From contig PFBD01000022.1 in assembly GCA_002773415.1 (NCBI GenBank), positions 735 to 62,711 on the forward strand: a stretch of 61,977 bases of DNA, given 5' to 3'. Positions 1-8,426 of this stretch are shown here, one piece after another. The stretch is from Candidatus Harrisonbacteria bacterium CG10_big_fil_rev_8_21_14_0_10_49_15 (GTDB taxonomy: Bacteria; Patescibacteriota; Minisyncoccia; UBA6257; 1-14-0-10-44-23). Under the pieces are notes generated by a model. That model did no database searches, was not told the origin of the DNA, and saw only the letters and a list, made by a program, of their open reading frames with translations. Both the position numbers and the translations under genes were made by a program. How positions within the stretch are numbered: position 1 is the stretch's first letter; the number at the start of each line of letters is the position of its first letter.

Positions 1-2
1 TA

Positions 3-1055
3 GATGAAAAATATCCGGACGGTGAGATCCCTCAGCGCTATATGTTTGAGATGGCCAGCTTTGAAGGTCAGACGCACTTCTACATGCGCGTCCCGGTCAA
101 ACAGCGCAACATGATCGAAGCCGCGTTTCTTGGTTACTATCCGGACGTGGAACTTATTGAAATAGAGGACTACATGGATAAGCTCCCGCAAAACATCACC
201 GACCTGGAGCGCCGCGGCCTAGACATCTGGTGCACAGAGTTTTATTTAAACAAACACCCGGCCTTACCAATAAAGACTTACAAAGTTTTTGAAAGCCCGG
301 ACGAACAGCATCAGTTTGATCCCATGTCCAGTTTCCTGGAAGTAATGGGCAAAATAAAGCAAGGCGAGTATCTCGGTATGCAGATCTTGGTAGAGCCTCT
401 TCATCGAAATTACGCCCAGCGTTTTGATCCCGTTATTGAAGAGCTGCGTGAACCAAAATATGGTAAAGAGAAGATGGGCGCTGGTGAATTTACTTTCCAG
501 CCGATGATGATGAAGTCTCCGGGCGAGACCGAGACCCTGAAGCAGATAGAAGAAAATCTAGCCAAGCCTCTCTTCGTCCTTGTCGTCCGGGTTGCCTACA
601 TGGCCCCGAAGCCAACCTTCTACGATGGTCTGGCTAGGCGTGGTTTACGCGGTGCCTTTAACCAGTACTCCAGCGCTGACCTTAACTACTTCAAAGACAA
701 CGTGAAAAACGGCACCAAGCCCGGCTTCTGGGACTTTCCATATGTCTACCCGGAGCAGCGCCGACGGATTCGCAAGCAGCGAAATCTAAAGCTTTATCTC
801 GGCCGCGGGTTTGGCACTCACGACAACCTCCCCGAAATAATTCTGTACTCGCACTGGCTCGCGTTTAATTTAAATCTAGAAAAGTCCATAATCAGCAGCG
901 AAGGGCTGGCCTCGCTTTTTCATCCGCCAACTCAGATGGTGCTGACAGCGCCGCATACCGAGCGCTCCGAAAGCCGCAAGGTTGGTCCGTCCTCCGGTCT
1001 GCCTATCTATGGAGATGAATCCGCGCTTGAAAAATTCCTCCCCAAAGAGTCATGA
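3..1055 (+). CDS. Conserved hypothetical protein, 5' end cut by window edge
   Basis: Frame is open from base 3 (DEKYPDGEIPQRYMFEM...) to TGA at 1053-1055, so the Met at 42 in the ORF track is internal. No family recognised by eye. Confidence 0.6.
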   Translation, partial: DEKYPDGEIPQRYMFEMASFEGQTHFYMRVPVKQRNMIEAAFLGYYPDVELIEIEDYMDKLPQNITDLERRGLDIWCTEFYLNKHPALPIKTYKVFESPDEQHQFDPMSSFLEVMGKIKQGEYLGMQILVEPLHRNYAQRFDPVIEELREPKYGKEKMGAGEFTFQPMMMKSPGETETLKQIEENLAKPLFVLVVRVAYMAPKPTFYDGLARRGLRGAFNQYSSADLNYFKDNVKNGTKPGFWDFPYVYPEQRRRIRKQRNLKLYLGRGFGTHDNLPEIILYSHWLAFNLNLEKSIISSEGLASLFHPPTQMVLTAPHTERSESRKVGPSSGLPIYGDESALEKFLPKES

Positions 1056-1103
1056 CCTCGCTAATCACCAATAATCACCAGTCACACTAATTTTGTCGCC
1101 CAT

Positions 1104-1147
1104 TCTCCCTTTCTAAAGGGAGTACCGCCGAAGGCGGGGAGGGATTT
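1104..1147. repeat. Double-hairpin repeat (tctccctttctaaaggga + ccgccgaaggcgg)
   Basis: tctccctttctaaagggagtaccgccgaaggcggggagggattt. A closely related copy lies in frame inside secA at 35831-35873. Confidence 0.7.
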
Positions 1148-1155
1148 ATACTCCC

Positions 1156-1836
1156 ATGAAGATAAAAACCAAACCTAAAAATCCATCCGCCTGGAGCCAG
1201 CTCCTGTTCGTCGAGCGCAACATCGCCAGGGTCTTTATCGGGCTCCTTTTGCTGTACTTCTTTGGTCAGCTCTTCATCCACTTCGTCTACAGCTTCATGG
1301 GCGGCCAGGGATTTAACGCCGAATCACTTCGGGTATTTTTGGAAGCCGTGGACATTGTTTGGCGCAAGCACCTTGGCGGCTTTTTTACAGTCCTCAATGT
1401 TTTGCTTTTCATCTTCCTGTTGTACTGCTACAAGCAGGCATGGAAGTTTCGCATGCAACTTAAGCTTTACCCGCCGCCAAGCGACCTGGAAGCACAACCA
1501 AAACCCATCAAAAAAGATCCAAAAGTAATGCAGCACTGGCGCGACATAGTCCTGCGCGCTAACACCGGCCAACAAGAGAAGATGCGCAGCGCCATCATTG
1601 AAGCGGACGCCTTGGTTGACCACCACTTGAAAAATATTGGTCTTGAAGGAGAGCACATGGGTGACCGGCTTAAGCAGATACGCGCCTTCCAGGTCAAAAG
1701 CCTGGACAACCTTTGGAAAGCCCACCGTTTGCGAAACGACATTGCCCACACCCCCGGCTACAAAGTCACCGCCCGCCAAGCAGAGCGTGCCCTAGTGGCC
1801 TACCGCGACTTCTTAAAAGAAATGAAAGCATTTTAA
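1156..1836 (+). CDS. Membrane protein with C-terminal soluble helical domain, function unknown
   Basis: 226-aa ORF with hydrophobic segments VFIGLLLLYFFGQLFIHFV and FFTVLNVLLFIFLLYCY, then a helical domain (...AIIEADALVDHHLKNIGLEGEHMGDRLK...AHRLRNDIAHTPGY...). TATACT at 1147-1152 lies 3 nt before the ATG. Confidence 0.7.
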   Translation: MKIKTKPKNPSAWSQLLFVERNIARVFIGLLLLYFFGQLFIHFVYSFMGGQGFNAESLRVFLEAVDIVWRKHLGGFFTVLNVLLFIFLLYCYKQAWKFRMQLKLYPPPSDLEAQPKPIKKDPKVMQHWRDIVLRANTGQQEKMRSAIIEADALVDHHLKNIGLEGEHMGDRLKQIRAFQVKSLDNLWKAHRLRNDIAHTPGYKVTARQAERALVAYRDFLKEMKAF

Positions 1837-1954
1837 GGGAATACCGAAGTCGTTCTTCCCGTAGCCTACCTGCCGGTAGGCATGGCGCACACGGGAATCC
1901 ACGCTCAACAATCAATCATTGATACTTAATTTTAAGTCTGCTATCATCCAAAAT

Positions 1955-2179
1955 ATGAGTACGGAGATGCAGGTAAAAAAATTGAACGCAGAGGTAAAGA
2001 AACTGCGCAAGGAAGTGGCGGAATTCCGACAGCTATTTTTTGCTGTCCCCGAAGATAACGAGGGAGAGTATAAAGAGGTGTTTATTAAAAAAATCACAAA
2101 GCGCGCGAGTTCCGGCAATCCATTGAAGCAATTTTCCTCCAAAAAAGATTTTTTGCAACATGTACGCAAAGCCGGTTAA
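1955..2179 (+). CDS. Putative type II antitoxin (partner of downstream RelE/ParE-like toxin)
   Basis: 74-aa ORF from ATG 1955 (the track ORF at 1919 starts further upstream in the same frame). Coiled-coil N-terminus. 20-nt overlap with the toxin gene, the usual antitoxin-toxin layout. Confidence 0.5.
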   Translation: MSTEMQVKKLNAEVKKLRKEVAEFRQLFFAVPEDNEGEYKEVFIKKITKRASSGNPLKQFSSKKDFLQHVRKAG

Positions 2180-2450
2180 AATCTTCTTTGATAAAGATTT
2201 TGAGAAGGACGTAAAGAGGTTACCAAAGAAGATTCAAAACAAGCTTGCCGACTTGCTGACTGTTGCCCAGAAGAATATATTTGATCCAAGGCTCCATGTA
2301 AAATCACTCAAGTCGCCATTGAGTGATTTTTTAAGTTTTCGTATCACTCGCGACTATCGAGTTGGTTTTATGTTCACCCCCCGAGAAGATATTCAGCTCT
2401 TGGTTGCCGACAAGCGAGACAAGATTTACAAGCGCCTTGCAAGAAAATAG
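2160..2450 (+). CDS. RelE/ParE-family type II toxin
   Basis: 96 aa. KIFFDKDFEKDVKRLPKKIQNKL...FLSFRITRDYRVGFMF...IQLLVADKRDKIYK matches the RelE/ParE fold pattern from memory. Overlaps the upstream small ORF. Confidence 0.7.
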   Translation: MYAKPVKIFFDKDFEKDVKRLPKKIQNKLADLLTVAQKNIFDPRLHVKSLKSPLSDFLSFRITRDYRVGFMFTPREDIQLLVADKRDKIYKRLARK

Positions 2451-2470
2451 ACAAATATGGCTCACGGTTA

Positions 2471-2502
2471 CGGCTCACAACCGGCTGTGAGCCGTTTAAT
2501 TT
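2471..2502 (+). terminator. Rho-independent terminator after the TA pair
   Basis: cggctcaca (2471-2479) pairs perfectly with tgtgagccg (2486-2494), followed by tttaattt. It belongs to a gagccgtt repeat family, also seen around 12178-12205 and at 41385-41432. Confidence 0.6.
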
Positions 2503-2584
2503 CTTGCTTTTCCTTGTCATTGCGAGCGCCGCGCCCCTCCGTAGCCTTGTGCGAAGGGGGGAAGCGTGGCAATCTATTATTACC

Positions 2585-4366
2585 ATGCCTCAATCAGAAA
2601 CTCGCACCTGTCAAAACTGCCAGCGAGATTTCCAGGTCACTGGCTATGATAAGGAGTTCTGCAAAAGCCTAGAGGCTCCTTTGCCAACCTGGTGCCCAAA
2701 CTGTCGGCTTCAAAGGCGGCTTTCGTTCAGAAATGAACAAAATCTTTATAAGCGTACTTGCGATGCTCCAGGGCATAGCGAGCAGCTGATTTCTAATTAT
2801 TCTGATGATAAAAAAGTAGTTGTCTATGACCAGGAGTATTGGCGATCAGATAACTGGGACCCAATGGGCTACGGCCAAGACTACGACTTCAGCCGGCCAT
2901 TCTTTGAGCAGTTCAAGGAACTCCTGGCTGTAGTCCCATTTCAAAGCCTGGTGAACTTTAACAATGTTAATAGTGAGTATTGTAACTTTACGGCTGACAA
3001 CAAGAACTGCTATCTGGTCTTCGGAGGAGACTATAATGAAGACTGCTTATATTCAACCTTCAACTTCCAGTGCAAAAACTCCATGGATGAGTACTGGTCA
3101 GAAAAGTCAGCATCTTCTTATCAAAGCATCGATTCGACGGGTCTGTACAAGTCCTTCTACTGCCAGCTTTCAGGTGACTGCACAGACTGCTGGTTTTTGT
3201 ACGACTGCAAGAATCTAAACAACTGCCTTGGCTGTGTGGGCCTAAAAAACAAGAGCTTTTGCATTTTAAACAAGCAGTATTCTAAGGAAGAGTATGCCCA
3301 GAAAAAGCAGGAGCTAAAACTGCACACCCGCAGCGGCTTAGAAGCATTCCAGAAGCAGTTCAACGAACTGAAAATGAGAATGCCCCGTCGCTTTGCTACA
3401 ATTCTCAGATCAGAGAATTCCATCGGCGAAAACTTAATTGAAGTAAAAAACTGTCTAAACTGCTTTGATGTATCTGGTCCGGCCGAGAACATTAAGGACG
3501 CATATACTGTAGCTTTTAACGTAAAGGACTGCCTAAGCATCAATCACATGGGTCACGGCATTGAGCGAGTTTTTGATACCTTCGCCCTCTGGGGCCCATC
3601 CAATAATATCAAACACTCTTTCTTGGGCGGTGTCTCATTTGACGTCCAGTACTCGATGAACTTTACAAGCTGCAACAATATCTTTGGCTGCTTGGGGCTC
3701 AAAAACAAAAGCTACTGCATCTTGAACAAGCAGTATGGTAAGGAGGAGTATACGGAGTTAACTCAGAAGATAATTGAGCAGATGAAGGAGCTTCCATACA
3801 TTGATAAAAAAGGCAGAGAGTACAAATACGGAGAGTTTTTCCCGGCTGAAATTAGCCCACTGGACTATAACGAGACAATAGCCTACGAGCTATTCCCCAT
3901 GAGAAAGGAAGAGGCAGTCGAAAATGGCCTTGGCTGGAAGGAGAAAAGCATTAAAGACAACAAAGCTACACTAGAAAGCATCCCGGACGATATCCATGAT
4001 GTAGAAGACGGTATTTTAAAGGAGACTCTACCGTGCGCACACAAAGGCGAGTGTGCCGACAACTGTACGATAGCTTTTAGAGTAACCTCCGCAGAGCTAC
4101 AGTTTTATAAGAGCCTGAGCCTGCCCGTCCCAGATCTATGCTACAAATGCAGACACTATCAAAGATTAAAGTTGAGGAATCCAATGAATCTGTGGCACCG
4201 GCAATGTCAGTGCGCTGGAGAGTCCTCCGACAACCGGAAGTACAAAAATACAATCACTCATTCTCACGCACAAGACCACTGCCCCAATGAATTCGAAACC
4301 CCATACGCCCCCAACCGCCCGGAAATAGTGTATTGTGAACAATGCTATCAACAAGAAGTCGTCTAA
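2585..4366 (+). CDS. Cys-rich double zinc-ribbon protein, paralog 1 (unknown family)
   Basis: ATG at 2585 (MPQSETRTCQNCQ...). The track start at 2504 is a TTG that reads through a repeat element. Shares N-terminal CxxC...CxxC ribbon, internal Cys-rich periodic blocks and C-terminal ...IVYCEQCYQQEVV tail with four downstream ORFs. Confidence 0.85.
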   Translation: MPQSETRTCQNCQRDFQVTGYDKEFCKSLEAPLPTWCPNCRLQRRLSFRNEQNLYKRTCDAPGHSEQLISNYSDDKKVVVYDQEYWRSDNWDPMGYGQDYDFSRPFFEQFKELLAVVPFQSLVNFNNVNSEYCNFTADNKNCYLVFGGDYNEDCLYSTFNFQCKNSMDEYWSEKSASSYQSIDSTGLYKSFYCQLSGDCTDCWFLYDCKNLNNCLGCVGLKNKSFCILNKQYSKEEYAQKKQELKLHTRSGLEAFQKQFNELKMRMPRRFATILRSENSIGENLIEVKNCLNCFDVSGPAENIKDAYTVAFNVKDCLSINHMGHGIERVFDTFALWGPSNNIKHSFLGGVSFDVQYSMNFTSCNNIFGCLGLKNKSYCILNKQYGKEEYTELTQKIIEQMKELPYIDKKGREYKYGEFFPAEISPLDYNETIAYELFPMRKEEAVENGLGWKEKSIKDNKATLESIPDDIHDVEDGILKETLPCAHKGECADNCTIAFRVTSAELQFYKSLSLPVPDLCYKCRHYQRLKLRNPMNLWHRQCQCAGESSDNRKYKNTITHSHAQDHCPNEFETPYAPNRPEIVYCEQCYQQEVV

Positions 4367-4367
4367 C

Positions 4368-4401
4368 CTTACTCCAATGTTCTTGAGAACATTGGAATAA
4401 G
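4368..4401. repeat. 34-nt palindromic element in the paralog 1/2 spacer
   Basis: cttactccaatgttct tg agaacattggaataag: 16-nt arms with one mismatch. Related copies at 6227-6260 and in frame in mnmA at 21971-22004. Confidence 0.85.
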
Positions 4402-4413
4402 AAAAACCAAATC

Positions 4414-6225
4414 ATGGAAAAAGAAACAAAAACACATTCGCCAAGCTCAGTATCTGCGACTTGTCAGTCTTGCCAAAAAGAATTCACGCTCACCGCCGGT
4501 GACCTTGAGTTTTCCGAGCGTTTTAAGACACGTCCCGTAACCTGGTGCTTTGACTGCCGCCTCCAACGCCGCATGAGCTTTCGGAATGAAAACAAGCTTT
4601 ACAAGCGCAAATGCGACGCTCCGGGTCACACCGAGGAGATGCTCTCAATCTATGCTCCGGAAAAGCCCCTTAATATCTACGACCAAAAAGCCTGGTGGAG
4701 TGACTCCTGGGAGGGCCTGCAATTTGGTAAGAACTACGACTTTAACCGGCCGTTCTTCGAGCAGTTTCAAGAGCTGATCAAGGCCGTTCCCTGGATGTCT
4801 TTGTTTAACATGAACTCCACCAATAGCGACTACTGCAACATGACCACCGACAACAAAGACTGTTACTTGGTCTTTGGTGGCGACTACAACGAGAACTGCA
4901 TGTACTCCACCTTCAACTTCTACAGCCGAGACTGTCTGGATAACTACATGACCAATGAGAATGAACTTTCCTATGAGGTTAAAAACAGTCGGTCTCAATA
5001 CAAGTGCATGTTCATTAACTGGGCCAAAGACTGCACCGAAAGTGCCTTTTTAGACGACTGCACCGGGCTATCCAACTGCATCGGCTGCGTTAATATGAAA
5101 AATGCTCAGTACTGCATATTCAACGAACAGTACTCCAAAGAAGAGTACGAACAAAAGAAAGCCGAGCTGGACTTTTCCGATGCCAACAAGTTGGCGGAGT
5201 TTAAGCAAAAATTTAACGAATTTAAGAAAAAATTTCCTAAAAAATACGCTGACATCATTAGAACTGAAGACGCAGTCGGTAATCGAATAAACGACGCCAA
5301 AAACATTCAAAACTGTTTTGATATTTTCGGACCGGCTGAAAATCTTCGCGATGTTTTCCTGACATTCAACACTTATAAAGATTCTTATTCCTGCTCCCAC
5401 GGAGGCCACGGCGTAGAGGAGTGCTATGAATCAACAGCGATCTTTGGCAACTGCCAAAGGCTTTTCGGCTGCATCCTGATGAGCTCAACGCACGACGCGG
5501 CTTATTCCTACAACTGCCGCGGTTCAAGCAACCTGTTCGGCTGTGTCGGCTTGCGCGATAAACAGTACTGCATCCTAAACAAGCAGTACACAAAAGAGGA
5601 GTACGAAGAACTTGTGCCGAAAATAAAGGCGCACATGGACCAGATGCCATACACCGACGCTGGCGGCCGAGTGCATCAATACGGCGACTTTTTCCCAAGC
5701 CAGATTTCACCCTTCGCCTATAACGAAACCGTTGCCCAAGAATATTTTCCCCTAACCAAAGAAGATGCGATCATAAAAGGCTTTACCTGGCGGGACCAAG
5801 ATGTAAAGAGCTATCAAATAACCATCCCGTCCGGCCAACTCCCGCCTAAGCTATCCGAGATAACAGACGAAATTACCAAAGAAGTTATAGAGTGCGCCCA
5901 CAAAGGTGAGTGCCAAGACGGCTGCTCCACGGCCTTTCGCATCTTACCTCAGGAGCTAACCTTTTATCGGAGGCTGAACGTTGCTCTCCCTACGCTCTGT
6001 CCAAGCTGCCGCCACGCCAGTCGTCTCGCCAGTCTCGCCCCGCTCAAGCTTTTTGCCGGCAAGTGTAAGTGCGGCGGAGCCAGCTCTGAAAATAGCCTAT
6101 ACAAAAACACAGCCAGCCACTTCCACGGCGCTGGTCCCTGTCCCAATGAGTTTAAGACCCCCTACGACCCAGCCTCAGACACTATCACCTACTGTGAACA
6201 GTGTTACCAAGCCGAAGTAGCTTAA
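4414..6225 (+). CDS. Cys-rich double zinc-ribbon protein, paralog 2
   Basis: 603-aa ORF with the same architecture as paralog 1. Shares the KRxCDAPGHxE segment after the first ribbon. Tail is ...ITYCEQCYQAEVA. Confidence 0.85.
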   Translation: MEKETKTHSPSSVSATCQSCQKEFTLTAGDLEFSERFKTRPVTWCFDCRLQRRMSFRNENKLYKRKCDAPGHTEEMLSIYAPEKPLNIYDQKAWWSDSWEGLQFGKNYDFNRPFFEQFQELIKAVPWMSLFNMNSTNSDYCNMTTDNKDCYLVFGGDYNENCMYSTFNFYSRDCLDNYMTNENELSYEVKNSRSQYKCMFINWAKDCTESAFLDDCTGLSNCIGCVNMKNAQYCIFNEQYSKEEYEQKKAELDFSDANKLAEFKQKFNEFKKKFPKKYADIIRTEDAVGNRINDAKNIQNCFDIFGPAENLRDVFLTFNTYKDSYSCSHGGHGVEECYESTAIFGNCQRLFGCILMSSTHDAAYSYNCRGSSNLFGCVGLRDKQYCILNKQYTKEEYEELVPKIKAHMDQMPYTDAGGRVHQYGDFFPSQISPFAYNETVAQEYFPLTKEDAIIKGFTWRDQDVKSYQITIPSGQLPPKLSEITDEITKEVIECAHKGECQDGCSTAFRILPQELTFYRRLNVALPTLCPSCRHASRLASLAPLKLFAGKCKCGGASSENSLYKNTASHFHGAGPCPNEFKTPYDPASDTITYCEQCYQAEVA

Positions 6226-6226
6226 C

Positions 6227-6260
6227 CTTACTCCAATGTTCTCAAGAACATTAGAATAAG
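6227..6260. repeat. 34-nt palindromic element in the paralog 2/3 spacer
   Basis: cttactccaatgttct ca agaacattagaataag. The whole 47-nt spacer 6226-6272 matches spacer 4367-4413 at 44 of 47 positions by hand alignment. Confidence 0.85.
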
Positions 6261-6272
6261 AAAAACCAAATC

Positions 6273-8027
6273 ATGGAAAAAGAAACACGCAACTGTCAGA
6301 ACTGCAAAACCGATTTCGTCATTGAGCCGGAAGACTTTGCGTTTTACCAAAAAATAGACGTTCCACCGCCCACTTGGTGCCCGCAGTGCCGTATGGTCCG
6401 CCGATTTATTTTCCGCAATGAGCATAACCTGTACCGTCGGCCAGACAGCCACACTGGCGAGGATATCTTTTCCACAGTTCCAAAAGAGTCAGACGCAAAA
6501 GTATATGAGCGCAGTTTTTGGTGGTCAGACGGCTGGAATCCGCTAGACTATGGCCGCGACATTGATTGGAATAGGCCATTCCTGGAGCAGCTTAAAGAGT
6601 TGATGTATGAAGTACCATGGCCAAGCCGTAGTGCCTTGAATCTAGTAAACTCAGATTATTGCGCCAATCTTAATGGCGGCAAGAATAGTTATTTGTGTTT
6701 TCACGGTTTTGATATAGAAAACAGCGCATATGTGATCGGCTTTTCTAGTGTCAAAGAAGGATTTGATCTATATCAATCCCGGCACGCAGAGCTTTGCTAC
6801 GACAACTATATGGCAGACGAGGTCCAGCGCGTTTTTTTCTCTACCAACGTTGAAGAGAGTCATGATATTTGGTTCTCCAAGAACATTATCGGTTGCAATA
6901 ATATTTTTGGCTCAATTAACTTACGGAATAAAAGCTACTATATTTTCAACAAGCCGGTTTCTAAGGAGCAGCACAAACAGTTCATGACTGAATTTAACTC
7001 CGGTTTATTTAAGTCCGTAGAGGAGATGCGCCAAAAAGCAGAAGAACTTTGGCTCCAACACCCAAATCGGTTTACCCTGGCCATCAATGTGATAGATTCT
7101 ACGGGAGAGCACATTGAGCACTGCAAAAATGTGAAAGATAGCTATTTCATTCATAATGGTGAAGATATGAAGCATTGCCAGATGATCGAGGACGCGAAAG
7201 ATTGCTATGATCTTTCAATTGTCGGTCGCAAATCTGAGCTAATGTATGACTCTATGGTTGCCGGTGTTGAGGCACAGAACATAAAATTCTCTTTTAACTG
7301 TGTGGAAAGCATCAGTAATCTTGAATACTGTGTGATGTGCTTTGGTACAGCGAATGCTTTCGGCTGCGTGGGTTTGAAAAAAGGCGAATACGCTATTCTC
7401 AACAAAAAGTACTCCAAGGAGGAGTATAAAGAGCTTGTCATAAAGCTAAAACAGCACATGAATGATCTGCCATACACAGACGGCCAAGGGAGAGTCTATA
7501 AATATGGCGAATTTCTTCCCGCCGAGTTTAGCCCTTTGGCGTATAATGAAAGTTTAGCTCAAACATTTTTCCCGCTCACTAAAGAAGAAGCTGTAGCGCA
7601 AGGATACCAGTGGCGCGACGAGGAGAGGAGACAGATAGAGCCGACTATCCAAGCAGGGGATCTGCCGGATAATATTGCTGACGTGCAAGACGACGTCTTA
7701 AAGCAAATCATCGGTTGCCAAACCTGCGGTGCCGCCTTTCGCATCATCCCCATGGAGCTGGATTTTTACCGCAACATCAAGCTGCCCATCCCACGCCGCT
7801 GCCCGGACTGCCGCTTCGCCCGCCGCTTCCGTTTTGTAAACCCGCCTGTATTCCGGCTATCCAAATGCCACTGTTCCGGTGCTAAGGATGCAAGTGGTCA
7901 ATACGCCAACCAGGTGGCGCATTCACACGGTGACCAGCCCTGCCCCAACGAATTTGAAACCAGCTTCCGCGAAGAAGCTAAAGAAATAATCTACTGCGAG
8001 CAGTGCTACAAATCCGAAACCATCTGA
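6273..8027 (+). CDS. Cys-rich double zinc-ribbon protein, paralog 3
   Basis: 584-aa ORF. Starts MEKET like paralog 2. HTGEDIFSTVP subtype after the first ribbon. Tail is ...IIYCEQCYKSETI. Confidence 0.85.
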   Translation: MEKETRNCQNCKTDFVIEPEDFAFYQKIDVPPPTWCPQCRMVRRFIFRNEHNLYRRPDSHTGEDIFSTVPKESDAKVYERSFWWSDGWNPLDYGRDIDWNRPFLEQLKELMYEVPWPSRSALNLVNSDYCANLNGGKNSYLCFHGFDIENSAYVIGFSSVKEGFDLYQSRHAELCYDNYMADEVQRVFFSTNVEESHDIWFSKNIIGCNNIFGSINLRNKSYYIFNKPVSKEQHKQFMTEFNSGLFKSVEEMRQKAEELWLQHPNRFTLAINVIDSTGEHIEHCKNVKDSYFIHNGEDMKHCQMIEDAKDCYDLSIVGRKSELMYDSMVAGVEAQNIKFSFNCVESISNLEYCVMCFGTANAFGCVGLKKGEYAILNKKYSKEEYKELVIKLKQHMNDLPYTDGQGRVYKYGEFLPAEFSPLAYNESLAQTFFPLTKEEAVAQGYQWRDEERRQIEPTIQAGDLPDNIADVQDDVLKQIIGCQTCGAAFRIIPMELDFYRNIKLPIPRRCPDCRFARRFRFVNPPVFRLSKCHCSGAKDASGQYANQVAHSHGDQPCPNEFETSFREEAKEIIYCEQCYKSETI

Positions 8028-8059
8028 TTTTGTACCAATCCTAATTCACGCAACTCTGC

Positions 8060-8085
8060 CGGCTTATTCGCACGAATTAGCCCAA
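8060..8085. repeat. 26-nt direct repeat, left copy, flanking the ArsR gene
   Basis: cggcttattcgcacgaattagcccaa, identical to 8393-8418. Contains the ATTCG-ca-CGAAT inverted motif. Confidence 0.9.
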
Positions 8086-8123
8086 TGGGTATATACTGAA
8101 AGAAAGAGAAAATTTAAAAAGCT

Positions 8124-8390
8124 ATGCGTAAGCTCGAAAAACTCCTCAAGGCATTCGCTAACGCGCGGCGCCTGGCGATTCTCAAGTTCCTGTCCAAAGA
8201 AAAAGAAGCACATGTCAGCGCCATCTCTCGGGAGATAGGGCTATCCTTCAAGTCAACCTCTCGACACCTGGCAGTCCTATACGCGGTTGACCTGCTAGCA
8301 AAAGAGCAGCGCGACGTGGAAGTTTTTTATCGCTTGAAGGAAGAAGCCAAGCCATCGATTAAAACGATCTTAAACATACCCACAAGCTAA
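8124..8390 (+). CDS. ArsR/SmtB-family HTH transcriptional regulator
   Basis: 88 aa. ARRLAILKFLSKEKEAHVSAISREIGLSFKSTSRHLAVLYAVDLLAKEQRDVEVFYRL is a typical ArsR winged-helix pattern. Confidence 0.8.
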   Translation: MRKLEKLLKAFANARRLAILKFLSKEKEAHVSAISREIGLSFKSTSRHLAVLYAVDLLAKEQRDVEVFYRLKEEAKPSIKTILNIPTS

Positions 8391-8392
8391 CT

Positions 8393-8418
8393 CGGCTTAT
8401 TCGCACGAATTAGCCCAA
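8393..8418. repeat. 26-nt direct repeat, right copy, 8 nt upstream of paralog 4
   Basis: Perfect copy of 8060-8085. Confidence 0.9.
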
Positions 8419-8426
8419 CCCCTAGT

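Noticed and set aside
2504-2584. Upstream extensions of track ORFs using TTG, GTG or early ATG starts (2504, 1919, 19615, 26652, 35922, 40109, 42505, 43206, 25604 on the minus strand).
   Set aside because: The extensions read through repeat elements, terminators or the 3' end of the preceding gene. Downstream ATGs give N-termini typical of the families and sit next to -10-like hexamers or SD sites.
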